The notes under the pieces were generated by a model. That model ran no database searches and had not been told where the DNA came from. It saw only the letters and a program-made list of their open reading frames with translations. A DNA stretch of 64,000 bases from the human T2T-CHM13v2.0 reference genome, Homo sapiens, in assembly GCF_009914755.1 (NCBI RefSeq), contig NC_060933.1; one strand, given 5' to 3'. The translations under genes were made by a program, and so were the position numbers. This document shows, one piece after another, positions 34,437 through 49,755 of this stretch. Position 1 is the first letter of the stretch. Each line of letters begins with the position of its first letter.

Positions 34437-36239
34437 CTTGAAGGGCAAATGAGAGAAAAACCCCAACTCAGAATAGTCCTTGCATGAGTGGGTTATGTAT
34501 TATGATTCACATTATAATAGATTAAATAATATTGGATAAATAACAGAAAACAAAAAGAAAAGCCAAAGGAATATACTTGGTCTATATTTGCATTTTTGAA
34601 TTGTGAATGATTTCATTTGGTCTTTTTCCAGAAAATTCACTATGGTTTTATGTTCAAAGCCAGCTTTATAGTGAATCAACACAATTCTCAAAATGTTAAA
34701 TTAGAAGATTTTTAATGTACCTTTTCTGACATATCCATACATTTTTCCACATATAGTACTAACAGCAACTGCTATCAGATATTAGTAAGAGATTATTCTA
34801 ATCTAAAAAAGATTTTTTAGATTAAGATTTTAGCATTGCAGCCAGAATGCTTTCAATCTTGGCTTGGTAAATACAGATTCAACAACAGCAAAGTAATTTC
34901 CCAAGTGAATAAGAAGCTAACAATTTACACTGTAGGCTGAGTGTTTTAACTATAGATTTTAAACCTGATCCCAATTGCTTTTTAAGGAGTCTCTAAATAT
35001 TAAAAAAAATTAAAAACAAAACAAAAAACAAAACATGCATGCATTCACAAAGCAAGCAATTCTATTTTCTGTACAGAGATCCCTATTAGTTTGCTAATAC
35101 ATTGTTTAGAAAATGTAATTCCGTACACAGTGGGTTTATTTCCCTTGTGACACTGGCTATTGAGCCTAACATTTTGAGCAATATAGAAACACTAATGCAA
35201 AAACCTAGCCTATATAAAGCATTTTGTCATGTACAGGTAAACCATAACAAAAATATAATTGGGGGCTAGTGTTTTTTGCCTGTATTACCTATCTAATTTA
35301 ATTAGTTAATTAGATTTTTATGCTATCATTTGAAAGTAGATTTGAATAAGTTTCTCCTTTTTAATGATAATGTGAAACCATGCAGATTATGTTACTAAAA
35401 TATTTCAATTTTACTTTTGTTCATAGGCCAAACTTTCATTAGCACATTTAGGTAAAATTTTCTTTTGTCAAACAAATTTGGCAGTTTTGAATACTTATAT
35501 GGAGCAAAAAAAGGAAAGTATAATGCCTGGAAACTAGAGTCAGAAGAAGAGAGTATAAAGTAATAAGATAACACAGCAAGTTTAAAAGAATATGCAGTTG
35601 ATCTTCAACTGCAACTAAACTTTACTGGAAGGTGGACCCCATGTTGCTAAATCTTTTAATGTTTTTGAGAGAAGATTTTTAAAAATCTATTGTTTTTTAT
35701 AAGCAATCTTAATTTTTAAATGTTGCAACCTATTCATATAAATTTAAAATTAATAAACAGATTTTTTAAAGCAAACACAAATAAAAAAATTACTTTCATT
35801 GTCGAAATCATTTGGCCCCAATGTGGTCTATAAGCTGGCCATGTATAACGTCTGACTATTCTACTTACACTAGAAAATTTACCTTTGGCTCACATGTGAT
35901 ACATATGTATAATGATGATTTTTAATACTTGATAGTTAAGGTATCCTAAATTCCAGCTTCACTTCTCTAATTTTCACAATAGATATGACATTTGAATAAC
36001 TACTAAAACCTATTTTTGCATGTCCTGTTTTTTTATCTAAAATTTAACTATTTAGTCATTTTACATATGTCTGTCTACTACTTGTTCTGTTGCTACGTTT
36101 TTTCCCCTAGTAAATGAAATCAAACTTACAAACTTTGGCTAATATTTTGACAGAATAGATATCTACTTATAAGTCATGACTATTGCAATATGGAGGCTTG
36201 CTCTTCCTGCATTCCTTCTGTTTACATCCATGAAGATTT

Positions 36240-36885
36240 TACGTGACTGCCTTTGGTTAAGTCAACCCCAGTGGTACAATAATAAAATAGATAATTTTTC
36301 TCACATAACAAGAAGTCAGAAGATGGGCATCAGCATCTGCTCAGAAAATTACCAGGGGTCTAGGCTAGATCAAGTGTCCTCTTGTGTATCTTTGATTCTT
36401 AACTTTAATCCTTATGACCATAATATAGTTACTTCACCTCCAGGTGTGGAATCAGGGTAACAGGAAGTAAAACAGAGGACATATTAAAGGGCCTCAGGTT
36501 CCCGTCAGGCCTTACCCGTGCCTCTTAGTCAGCAAAGTAATTGCTTTCCCAGGACCCGTATTCTGTGTATGTTCCCTCACTTCTCACCACCTGGAACTGG
36601 GTTATAGGATTACTGCTAGCTACATTGGAGTCCACAGAAGGGAGTTCGTTTATATTTATTTATTTATTTAATTTTTTGAGACAGGGTCTCACTCTATCAC
36701 CCAGGCTGGAGTGCAGTGGCACGATCTTGGCTCACTGCATCCTCTGCCCCCTAGCTCAGGTGATCCTCCCACTTAAGTTTCCAGAGTAGTTGGGGCTAGG
36801 GGTGGTTGCCACCACATCCAGCCATATTTGTCTTTAATGGGAACACTGCTGGCTCAAATCAGATTAAATTTGGTAGTTAAGGTAT
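36240..36885 (-). mobile_element. Old MaLR LTR (MLT1J/K-like) interrupted by an Alu monomer
   Basis: tttctcacataacaagaagtcagaagatgggc...cttcacctccagg precedes the Alu, and gggaacactgctggctcaaatcag...gttaagg follows it. Confidence 0.55.
36649..36823 (-). mobile_element. Alu right monomer (FRAM or truncated AluJ)
   Basis: A (TTTA)n tail, then gagacagggtctcactct...gctcaggtgatcctcccac...ccaccacatccagcc. No left arm. Confidence 0.88.
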
Positions 36886-38748
36886 TATGTAGTAGCAGAG
36901 AATGTTTCCTTGTCAGGCATTGAGCAACATCTGCCTAGTATGGTGATTCTACTCATAAGTCTGAAAATAGGGCTAAGAACTACCAGAAGACTTCTGAGAG
37001 CTATCAGCCAGGAAACAAAAACATGTTGTTGCTGCTGCTGCTTTTCCCTCTCCTTCTTCCCCTCTTTCTCCCCTTCCATCTTTTATGGAATCATGTGACC
37101 AACTCTTAAGAAATCATTCATTATAGAAAAATAGAAATAAATGTGGCAACGCACACTGTGTCTATTGGCAAGACACCACCAGCATAAGCTACTTATTATA
37201 TGATGATTCAAAAGGATGGGCAGGGGACAGTGACTACCTTAGCTGTAATGCATTATTAATCAGTCTCTGAAACTGTAATTACTTTCTGATTCTGTCTCTT
37301 CAAGCTTGCAAACAACTGCACTTAACAGTCTTCTCCTCTGCAGATGACTTAGTGCTCATTTCATACTGTGGTTTACAGTCAGTTATTGCATTAGATTTCA
37401 TATCTGAGATTCACTCAACTAATAAGTACATCTGAAATTCAAAATATGTGCAAGGCATTATCTACTATATGGATGACAGCTTCTGTGGGTGCTCTCTAGA
37501 ACCTCATTTTACAAGCTCAATTACCAAACTAATTTTAAAAATCTCTGGATCATATTTTTTGTAAGGGGAAACAAGGAAGTGATGTAAAGATATCATCTCT
37601 TTCTTTCAATTAGTTTTTGTTAAAGAGAGTCACACCTTAACATAAAATTCATTTTCACCACATTTTTTTAAATAACGGAATGGATATACAGGATTGAAAA
37701 TGAATGATGATGAATGCAGTTAGAAGTATAACTACTCATCTAGTGTTTGTAAAACCTATGCTTTTACATTCTTATTGATATTAATAAAGACTAATTTATA
37801 GCAATAAAGAGTACTTAAAGAGAGATCACGAGAGACAGCTAAATATGTACAAAAACTCTGTTACAACATAGGATGTCAGGCTAGGGGTTTAGCTAAAATG
37901 CTTGGTAGTAACATGTTTTCACTTCCTACCATAAGTTAATTCATATTATCATCAACCTACTCAGTTCAAACAGTGCCAACCTAAAAAATATATTTTTCAG
38001 TGAATTATTTCTAAACACCAAATGTCATTTCTCATGGAAATTCTAATAAAATGCCTAAAATGCATTATCTGACATTTTAGTGGATCAGTAAGTAGCTTGC
38101 CAATTGAAATTCTAAAATCTTTACATGTTATAGATTTCAGCTTTCTGTTCTAAACTCTTGACTTTTTAAAGAATAATTTACATCTCTATGCAACTATTTA
38201 ACAAGGGATGTCTAAACATCAATTTCAATTATAAATAATGATTCCAGTTACACATGTACATTGCATTATGAAGAACCTAGCAATTGAGCAGTTCTGCACT
38301 TAATATTGATAAATAATGTCTCAGACTTGCTTAAGTCAGCAATGCCTACAGCTGAGGGGAAAAAAAGCTGACTACATAAGCTTGAATATTTTCCCTGTTT
38401 TAATCACACTAACCTTTATTAATATATGGATTGATAATTTAGCAAATCTTGGCCAGGTTTCCTCCTAAAAAGGTAGAATAAAGCATCATTATTTTTTAGT
38501 CAACTGCTTTGTCATGTGCTTGGTAGGCACCTTTTGCAAAAACGAATGTATCTTCTGATATTGCAACATCTCTTTCATCAGTATAAAAATTTAGGTTATT
38601 ATTACCCAAAGAATTCAATCCTATAACCCAAAATATAACCCTGCAATATGAGAGGTCTCATATTTTAATGACATCATTAAAATTCAACTAATGCTATTGT
38701 TTTCTCTTTATCAGTTCTTAGAAACTACTACTGAGACCATTGATTTGA

Positions 38749-39690
<942 letters not shown>

Positions 39691-41187
39691 AAAACAAAAT
39701 CAACTCTTTTATTTGTTTATTAAAAATTTAAAAGAAACAATGGTGGGATGATATTTATGTAGGTCACATTTATGTTTGAAACTGCCACCCAAGTAGATTA
39801 ATATATAGAATTAAGAAACAGCTGATTAGAATGGCTGACTCCTATGAAATTCAAATGATCATTGCAAAAACATTACTGAATATCATGGGTAAATGTTTCA
39901 GTTTTTTTCGGAAGAGGAATTCGCATTACTCTCTTAAGCATTTTAACTTTGAAATGAATGTGTCAAAAAAGCCAGGAAGGAAGATTTATTAGTTAGAGAT
40001 GCATATTAATGTAACTGAAATCTTAAATATAATGGCAGAAATGGTAGTATGGTGAAGAGTATGTCCCAGGATTTCAAAATAAATTCAAATCAAAAGACGG
40101 AGTGAGGAAAATTTATGCTCTGAACCATCCGCATGAGGGTTATTACATTAGTGTTTCTAACAAGCTCAAACCAAACCCCCATTAAATATTTGATCAGCTT
40201 GTGAAAGACCAGCATGTACTCTTCACAACCATGAATATGAACATCTTGCAGTCAGTTTAATGCATGACAGACCCATAAAAAAGATTATACATGATAAAAT
40301 GGTGCAGTGTTGGCACATCTTAACTGCATAAAAAAATAAAAGTGAAGGAAACCACAAAACAACAAATGCAAGCTAAAGCTAGTACACAATAAGCTATGTT
40401 AGGAAGACACAATTGCAGGCTGAGTCAGGAGGTTACATGCTAGCCCCAAATCTGACTATTTCACACAGGAACTAAGGATTTTTCTGTTGTCTTGGGACAA
40501 TATGTCAAACCTATAATATACAGTGATTTTAGGATACTCGAGCCTAGCTTATATATTTGCATCTACAACTGAACTTTAATAAAGAAATGCCAAATCAATT
40601 TTCTCCCTCAAACCTTAATATATAAGTTTGCTATTATACTTGTCACTTCCATTTGTGGTAATTTTCTTTGGGTTAAAATATTTAGAAATAAATTAAAAAG
40701 CAAAAATATATTCAAAAAGAGGGGAGATGGCAATTATCACATCAACCAATTTGCACATTGGTACCAATTGGTTTTGTATCTGAGAGTTCACTTAGCAGAG
40801 AGACAGCAAGAAATAGTACATTTTAAAGGACTAAAATAAACACATTTGGACCTGGGAAAGGTGAAGAAATCCAAGTGCCAACATGTCATCAGGGAGGGAC
40901 TCCTCATCTGGGAACAGGAAGGAAGATGTTGATCTGTGTTACCTAGGGAAGTGTTCTGAATAAAACCAATTCTAATGTATGGGAATGTTCAGGAATAAAA
41001 GTAACTATGGGGAAGATACAGATTCTATTAAAATTAGCATTACAACAAAATTATTTGATTCATAATTTTACCTAACAAGCTATTGAAGAAACTATTGCTT
41101 CTACTTCTAAACAATCTATTTCAAAATACATTTAAAGAGGAAAAATGAACATTTTAACTATTCAGTTAAAACCTAAATATACATCAA

Positions 41188-41369
41188 TTCTTTCTATTTT
41201 CTTTCTCTTTTTCTTTCTCTCTTTCTTTTCTTTTTCTTTCTTTCTTCTTCCCTCCCCTCCCCTCCCCTTCCCTTCTCTCCCCTCCCCTCCCCTCCCCTTC
41301 CCTTCTCTCCCCTCCCCTCCCCTCCCCTCTCCTCCCCTCCCCTCCCCTCCCATTCCCTTCCTCTTTTTC
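41188..41369 (+). repeat. About 180-bp polypyrimidine tract, (TTTC)n then (CCCCT)n, forming the Alu tail
   Basis: Almost pure C/T. The 30-bp unit cctcccctcccctccccttcccttctctcc occurs at 41251 and 41281, with a partial copy at 41311. Confidence 0.95.
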
Positions 41370-41617
41370 AGATGGGGTCTCACTCCATTGGAATGCAGTG
41401 GTGTGATTTTGCCTCACAGCAATCTCAGCCTCCTGGGCTCTAACAATTCTCCCATCTCAGCCATCCAAGTAGCTTGGACTGCAGGTGCAATCCACTATGC
41501 CTGGCTAATTTTGTTTATTTATTTATGTATTTATTAGAGACAAGGTCTCACTGTGTTTCTCAGACTGGTCTCAAACTCCTGGGCTCAAGAGATCCTCCTG
41601 CCTCGGCCTCCCAAAGT
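41370..41617 (-). mobile_element. AluJo-like, missing its first ~30 bp
   Basis: agatggggtctcactc...ctcctgggctcaagagatcctcctgcctcggcctcccaaagt, then the match stops abruptly. Confidence 0.9.
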
Positions 41618-43168
41618 AACTGCAACTCTTTCTACATCTGGGCAAAGATGGAGGGGCATCAATGGAGAGAAAGGAGAGTCCACTGAATGACTGAATTTGG
41701 CAATTTAATATTGATAATAAATGTCATCTGTTTAATATGCAGTTGCTATTTAGTTCTAATCTTAAACTTTGTCTGCTGAAAGACGATTTATGCATACTTT
41801 CCTGTCTGGAGATTTTAAATATTGGGATATAATATATTAATAAGTGTATTATTTATTCCACATTGTATCAAAAAGAAGAGATAACCTCCAAGTTTACAAG
41901 TGATCAGAACAGCTACTCAGAAAATGATTTTAAGACAAGCTATTGAGGGACAGAATAGAAGAGCACTTGTTCTCTAAGGAAAAAAAATTCTGAGAATTAA
42001 CTTGTGAGAATTTTTAAGAGAAATTAAAAATAAATTGGATAATTGCCTTCCATTGAATTAAGTTAGCAGAACCTGGAAACATTTAAAATTGGTTGCTATA
42101 TTGATTCATGTCTTTCTTTAAATAAAGCAAACCCTTTGTAAATTATAATGTCTCTCCTCTCACTCTCCTGTAATTATAAAGTATGAGAACACTGAGGATT
42201 GATTGGCTCTTCTCTAAAGAGAGGGACTATAGCTTTCACAATGGACTTGATCAATATGCAACCCCTTATAAGAATAAATTCCAATTATTAGATGCTTTGA
42301 TAGCCCACCCCTTCTCTTAGACCAACCTTTAAACAAATAGTATCAATGCAGATATTAATAATACCTTATAATATCTCCTTGGTAGTAGCTTGAATGAAGA
42401 TTTTTAACACACAGGGTTTAGAAAATTTTATTCATTATTGATGCAGAAATAATTGATGGCAAGTCGGTATGACTTCATAGCAAGAATGAAATTCAAAGAC
42501 AAGTTATATGGCCAACAAGTAGATGGATAATATTGTTAGTATCAATGTTATTAAAAGGATATGCATAGTAGTTGCCTGAGACATCTGTCTCTCCACTGAT
42601 TCCAGAGTTGATTGAGCTGATCCGACTGTGAAGTCAGATGGCACTCCTTCAATGGCTTCATATGCGTTCCAAGATCCCTATATTTCACCAAATGCAGCGC
42701 ATTTTCTGATAGAATCTGCTGTGATCTAGGGTATTCCTATTGATCACCCCGCCTTCAAAGAAACACTCAGTCTTTTTGTATAACCATTATTAGATTTTGA
42801 AAACATAACCTCTATTCCAAGCTTTTGAAATACTCTATCAATAATGATACCTCACTTACTGTAAGATTTGCTATCAGAAATCTCTACATGTTCTCAAAGT
42901 TTTGGAACTAATTTAACAATCAAATGTATAAGTCAACAAAGCAAATCAAAATTTCAAATTTTACCAACACACATACCATCTTAATCAATATATAATGTAC
43001 TTTCCTATACTTTATTTAAATGAGGGCCATAATACATTTTTTAAGTTGTTATTGTTAAACAACATGATATTTCCCTAGTATATGTTAAAGTTGGTACTCA
43101 GGTCCAGGTGGCTCTAGGTTTCACCTCCTCCCCAATCTACTACTCAGTGTAAAATGGAGACAAGTATT

Positions 43169-43343
43169 CTAGAAGAGTGTTTATCAAACCTTAAGTTCCA
43201 ACAAATAGTTTGGGGGTCTTGTTAAAAGGCAGATTCTGTTTCAGTAAGTGTGAGGTGGGCCTAAGACTCTGAATTCCTGACAAGCACACAGGAAATGCTG
43301 CTACTATTGTTATGCTGGCCACATGTTGAGATACAAGGCCTAG
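43169..43343. mobile_element. MER5A-like DNA transposon
   Basis: agtgtttatcaaacctt...gggggtcttgttaaaaggcagattctgtttcagtaagtgtgaggtgggcctaagactctgaatt...caaggcctag. Confidence 0.75.
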
Positions 43344-45159
43344 TTATACAGTAGGCAATTTTAAAAACGTTTTAATGTTCTACTGAGGCAGCACTTAAAT
43401 CCCCATTCTGGCCATATCTCTTTTTGTTTTTTGGGGAAGATGAATTCTGAGCAAATACACACTACTACAAACTATTTTTAATATTACATGCAATTTTAAC
43501 CCTACTGTCTTTATAAACAATTAACACTAAGTTAGGTTTACTCTCTTAATTACAAGGAAAGAGAAAGTAATAATGAGGAATTGCAAACTGCTAAACAATA
43601 TCTCTGATTTATTTTTAAGTTTGCTGATTTTTTCATACTTTAAAAGCTTTATTATAAGGAAATAAAAGAGAAGTCATGAGGCATTAAAAATGTTTAATTG
43701 TTTGAACATACCCAACAATAGCTACACCTTTCAAAACAACCAAACTGCAGGCTGATTAAATTTGTTTAACCTGTAAGATACATATCATATTCAATAATTA
43801 GTTAATTGATGCCTGATTTTTCAAAATAATGACTAAAGGAAGAATTTTGCCTGGGTTAAAAATTGATTTTGGATAGAGTACAGATGTATAGTAACAATTT
43901 TGTAAAAGAATAAGGATAATTTTTCATTAGTTTAACTGACAAAAGTGAATACAAAATTTACACCCCACTGTAATAATTTTTTTATGTAACAAACAGAAAC
44001 TGCTTTCAGATCATTTTGTTTTCACATTGAGAAATATATCTGAGCAAGTATCTAAAAAGATATGTTTGTCCAAACCGAGATTTTGATCCACTGATTAATT
44101 GTAAGGTAGATATATATTTTCTTTTTTATATAAATATATTCACTTCTGCTAAGCTAAAAACCAAACAAAACTAAAAAACAATCTACCATATTTGATTGGA
44201 CAATTTTCAAAAAAATTTTAGTTTTAATAAGAAAAGCTAGCAGCTAGACTGGGCAATTTTTGTGTTCTTTAATAAAAGGCTGTCACATAATTCAGGTAAA
44301 ATGCTAATGTCCAAAAAAGAGTTCCTCTAAACTGACGTGGTCATTTTAGTAATCTGACTATACACAGAAGGCTATGTGTATTATATTTTTAAGCCATTAC
44401 TTTGATATTCTTTGTGTGAATACATTGATTTATTAACTAAACAAAGTTTAAAGTACCTTATAGTACAGAATTTTGATAGAAAAATAATAGAAATTAGTTA
44501 GATATTATGAAATATGCTAATGAGCCAAAGCCAAAAAGTTGAATATTTATTTGTTTGTTGTTGTTGTTGTTAAATCTCTGGTCCATTATAGATAAATTGT
44601 TTTTACACCCATTTTTTACTTTCAAATTGCTTCACATTTTGGTTTTATTGAATATTAATTATGAAAATAATATTTGAAAATATCAAAAATTATTGCTTTT
44701 ACATTTTTGAAAATGTGAAGCATGAAGAAAAGCATCTATAAAACCTACTCTCAGAAAATGCCTCTTTCATCCATTTTATATAAACATTTTTGTGTTTTTG
44801 TATATTATAATATTTCTAAATAGAAAAAGGGGCTCTCTACCGGTTTGTTTGTTTTTTTACCTTTTAAAATGTACTTTGACAATTTTCTATTTATGATCAT
44901 GAGATATCAATAAGACAAGCTCTTTAAGGCAATGTGCATTCTTTGAACCTAAAATTTATTTGGAATACAATAGAACTATGAGAACAAAAACTTCAGTGAA
45001 CACTTTGATAGGAAACATCTGCACATCTGACAATCTATGTTCAAACGATCTTGTAATTTTTTTGTGGTTGTTTAATTTGTTTGATAAATTAACTGATTCT
45101 CTACTAGACAATTAAGAGGCACTGAAGACATTAAACATGCACATATATCATGTACATTA

Positions 45160-45210
45160 CATATATAAATATATTACAGATATATATGTGTGTGCATTTG
45201 TGCACATATA

Positions 45211-45244
<34 letters not shown>
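45160..45244. repeat. (TA)n/(TG)n simple repeat
   Basis: Visible alternating runs. Confidence 0.9.
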
Positions 45245-45245
<1 letters not shown>

Positions 45246-46245
45246 GATAGCATACTATTCTGTAAATCTTGCAGTTCAGCAGGAAATGAAAAAGAAAACA
45301 ATCAATTTTATTTAGAGCTAATACGAACCCTAAATAAAATACTTACTCTCATGGCAGTTGATTTATCTAATAGAAACGACCAGATCATTTATCATTTGTT
45401 GGGCTAACATAAGTATTTGAGATAAATTGATCATAAAATGTATGTGTTTCCACATACTATTATCTATCACTTCCCAATAATTGCTAATTAAAGGAATTAT
45501 TGTAAGGTCTCACGTGTGTGTGTACCAGAAAGATTTAATAAAAATAACTACCAATTTTTCACCAATCTCTAGAATATTCTATATTATATCATTGGGTTTG
45601 GAAACCGTTTCCTGGAGAAACATAACAAAATCTAGAGCTCTTGCATAAATTAAATATATATTAAAACATTTCTTAGACAAGTTTGAAGGAAAAGAAATGC
45701 ATTTCAGTGGCAAAACCTCAGATTTACAAGAAGTGCTATTTGAAACTATTTTTTTTCCACTTTCCAAACCTCCTGAGGAAGAAAGTACAAAAAAGTGAAT
45801 ACTCATTTTCCAGTCATTTACATCAGGACAAGAATTTCTAGAACTCAAACCAATGCCAAACTTTTTGAGAAGGTCTCCTGTCAGGGCTGTCTGGTAGTTC
45901 CAGGGCTCCTGAAGAACCCAGGTCTATTCTTTGATACCTATTTGAAAGAACAAGATTTGGGTCCTTGCAGCTGTACATTGCAGTAACAATTTCTGGAGTT
46001 TTTATTATAAAAATTATCCTGTCTGTAGGTTGGGATATAAAATAAAGAGATAATACTTATATATTTCATGTTGTAAGCTTCCTGCCCCTGTAGATGAGCT
46101 TCCATCTTTAAAGCAAAACAACACTAAACAAACAAAAAAACTTTTGACTCAGTTGGCCCTATACAGATCAGAAAAAAATTTAGAAATCCTAAGGAAGGTT
46201 GAGAACCATTCTTTTTATCAGTGATTTAAATATACTGTAATACAC

Positions 46246-46349
46246 TCTTAGTAGCTCAGAGACACAGATTAAGTTTTTTATTTTCTTATTTTTCTTATTT
46301 TCTTAGTAGCTCAGAGACACATATTAAGTTTTTTATTTTCTTATTTTTC
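46246..46349 (+). repeat. 55-bp tandem duplication (about 1.9 copies)
   Basis: tcttagtagctcagagacaca(g/t)attaagttttttattttcttatttttc starts at 46246 and 46301 with one mismatch. Confidence 0.93.
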
Positions 46350-48849
46350 ATGATCATGTGTATTGAATTACACCCGGTACTTGAAAATGCATTTGCACAG
46401 GAGACTGTAAAACTGGTAGGGGGGTTTCTGGGGTGCTCTTGCCTTAAAAAGTAAGAGCAGCTTTTTATGGTTTTTCAAGATTTGAGAGTATAGAAATCAT
46501 TTTTTAAAATGTGCATTGCACACCCCTACAAACTTCTCTTTGCCCATAGGAACTTGTTAGCAACTTAAACAAACACATGGAGAAACAAAGTCACTTTATC
46601 TCCAGAAATCGATTCAACATAGCTATTTTAAAGAGTTTTCCCGAGACTTTGAATGACTTGCTGGAGGTAAACATTAAAAATGTTATGCACCAAGAGAAAA
46701 TATTTGATTATACGTTACATAAGTTCAGGCCTTCAGATGGGAATGAATTCATCTCTATGCAGCAAAAGAATAATTTCTTAATTAATGGTAGAAATAGAGG
46801 AAACATGAAGACAGAAGTCCAACTCATTGGAACTTTAGAATCAGAAAGTAATTCCTTTTGGTTTTATGGCATCTTGCTCACTTCCAACTCTGATAGGACA
46901 AAATGTCATTTCGATGGAAGATCTCTGACTAGCCCAGTTCTTTCGCACCTTTGTTAACATGGCCTGAGATTGTTTCTACCTTCTCCAGATATGGCTACAC
47001 TGTGCAAAATATATACTGTATCAGCTCTTCAGTGTCAGAATCTTGCTTTTTGATGATAAAACTGATCTTTATTTTACTAATCTCACTACTATTTTCCAAA
47101 TAATGAATTTGGAACACCAGCTTAATACATTGGAAATTATAGTTGTTTTTCTGTTGAATATGAGAGTTGCCTATGAAGTGTGGTTTTATCTTTCCCATAT
47201 ATTCTTTTTAATATTCCAAAATATTCAATGATAAGGTCTTAACTTATCATTGTGCAATTTATATCATTTGACAATAAATCGCAAACACACTGGTTGCTTT
47301 TTGTTTGCCTGTGTTACCTTTTGTTTTATTTGTCATTGCCCTCTTTGCCATTTGGGCAATACATGACTTATTTCAAGAAAGCGAACTGGGAATTAAAATA
47401 TATTTTTTAATGTGCATGTTCTAAGGGATTTAAGAGTAGTAATACTATTTTAAAATAAAATTTAAAAAGTTATTGTATGTTTTCAGCTGCTTATTTGTCA
47501 TGTCATTGGATAGCATGTAAAATCATGAAGTCTGTTCATGAATATTTTTTCTACTTGCACTTCTGATAGGTAATCAAATGGTCTGTCTGTCTCTCTTGGC
47601 TTTTGATTAGAAACAACTTAATCAGTACATCGCATGCTTAATGTCTTGTGGTTAAGCCATTTTATACAAATACCTGTTTTTAAAAAGATACAAGTATACT
47701 TTTCTTATATAAAGGTTGGAAAAATAGAACGTGTGAAATAATGACACCTATAATCTTACAACATGCACACAACTTTACTGACTTACTACAGTGATATTCT
47801 TTCACAATATTGAGTTCATGCTACATATGCCATTTTGTATGCTTTTTCTATTTAATGTGATATTGTATACATGTTTCTACCATTTAAAATTGCATAACCA
47901 TTTTGATGCGCATGGCATAGTCTGTCATGTATAAAAAATTACTTAAGTTGCTACTGAAGATTCACATTTTCTACATTTCTTTATATTTTAAATAATACAG
48001 AAAAATCTTTTATAGATATTTGAAATGTAAAATCACTGGATTAGGAATAAAAGTTGGACTCTAGTAGACATCTATAGAACTATATTCCTGTACTTTTTTT
48101 TCTGAAAATTGTGCTTTTTTTATTTCATCTATGTTTCTGAGGAGGTAACTGTCAATTTGTATAACAAGAACTTGCCCTCTGTCACAGGAAACTTAAATAC
48201 TTTTCTAAGACATTTTAACTGGGACTATGAGATTGACCTTACTCTGCTCTGTGTGGTTGTACTTTGTAAATCCCAATAGCTAATGATGGTGTATTCCAAC
48301 ATCTGGATTGAGTGTACAGAGGAACCATGTCTGCTGTTAGAGGAAAAATAATAAAACAGATATACAAAGAGTAGCAGTAACAAAGAGCAGAGAATAAAGG
48401 CAAGTTGCAAATTCTCACGGAGACCAATTCCTGGGCAGATTTGCACTCCTGACTGTGGGTTATTATAAGATAACGTAGGAATCTTCTATGTTTATTACAA
48501 TCTTCCCCCAACACATTTTTTGTTCCTTTTTCCATATTTGGTTTCTAAAACTTCAAAAGCTTATAATCAAAGGGTATCAATATTTTAAAGTTTCTTGATG
48601 CATACTGCCTGTGCTATATTTTATTGCATCACCTTAACTAAACTGGAACTACATTTTCCATAAATTCATTCCCTAAATGGTTTGAAGTAAGATTTGGCCA
48701 CAAGAGATATTTGCACACGATTTTGTAAGTAGAGAAGTGGTAGTAATGTTTACTCTCCAAAGGTGGATGTAGGGTGTTAGGCTCAGGAGCAGCTTGCATG
48801 CATCCCTGGCCTACTGCTGACTTAATATAGGCAGAGGGCAGCAAAAAGC

Positions 48850-49755
48850 CATGTAACCCCTTAAGCTCCTTTGATTCTCCTTCTCATACTTCTCAAATTT
48901 GCATCAAGTGCATGTGTGGCTCACTGGTAAAGTTAGCCAACTTCTCTTGCAGGTCATCTATACCATCAATATTGGTGGTGGTGAGAAACATACAAGAATT
49001 CCAGTTTATCTTTATGGGTCCCAGTTCATCCTTGTGGATTTCAGTTTTGTCCTTGTTCTCCTCTACTTCACAATCATTCTTCCTTCCTAATGGTTCAGCT
49101 GACTTACAGCAATGTCACTCTCAACACCAGATGCAGATGCCTTCTGCAAACTACTCCATCAACTCTCACAATTCCATAAGATCTAAGCCCTATAATAAAT
49201 GCCATAGTTTGTATCATCATAGTGATCTTGCTTCTCACCAAATACTGCCTAACGCAGATACTGGTTTGAAAGAGGAGTGCTACTGCAATAAAAACAGCAT
49301 GGTTTGGAGCAGCAAAACCATCTGGCCATGGCTTTGGACCCCTGCAGTACGAGGAAGCTAAAAGGGCATTGAGAAGACTATTAATAGAAGCTTGTCTAGC
49401 TTGAAGGAGGCTGTCAGTGCAGACTGAAGAGAAGCCAGCAATTAAGCCTTCCATCTGAAAGCCCAGACACTGTGGAGCAGAGGCAAACCATTTCCCCATT
49501 CCCTGTCTGAATTCCCTGATTCACAGTTTTTTTGTGTTTTAACTAGTCTTGAAGTGGTTAGTTAAATAGTAAGAGATGGTTCATAAAGAATTTGGTGCTG
49601 AAAGTGGAGCAGTCAGAGTTGCATCTGCTTTCCTGCTCTTGTGTTATACACTATGCTTCTAGAATCCTGTGGGCTTAGAGGAAATTCCCCATTTTTGCTT
49701 GTTAGTCCAAATTGAGTTTTTAAAACTTGCCACCAAAAAGACTCCCAACCTATTA
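48850..49755 (+). mobile_element. Cluster of old ERVL/MaLR LTR fragments (LTR16-like, then MLT1 pieces)
   Basis: ccctataataaat...catagtgatcttgcttctc...gatac fits an LTR16-type end. tgtggagcagaggcaaaccat...ccctgtctgaattcc fits MLT1G/H, and acttgccaccaaaaagactccc fits an MLT1 end. Confidence 0.55.

Noticed and set aside
41145-41537. Pro/Ser-rich and Gly/Arg/Glu-rich ORFs on both strands
   Set aside because: They are translations of the (CCCCT)n simple repeat plus Alu.
46577-46957. 126-aa ORF in non-repeat sequence
   Set aside because: It has no recognisable domain or splice structure, and a few ORFs of this size are expected by chance. PhyloCSF or Ribo-seq would be needed.
48829-48843. gcagagggcagca as a CTCF site
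   Set aside because: Only the right half of the core matches and the upstream CC is missing.
48912-49499. Overlapping 149-aa and 131-aa ORFs
   Set aside because: They lie in decayed LTR fragments and show no gag, pol or env motifs.
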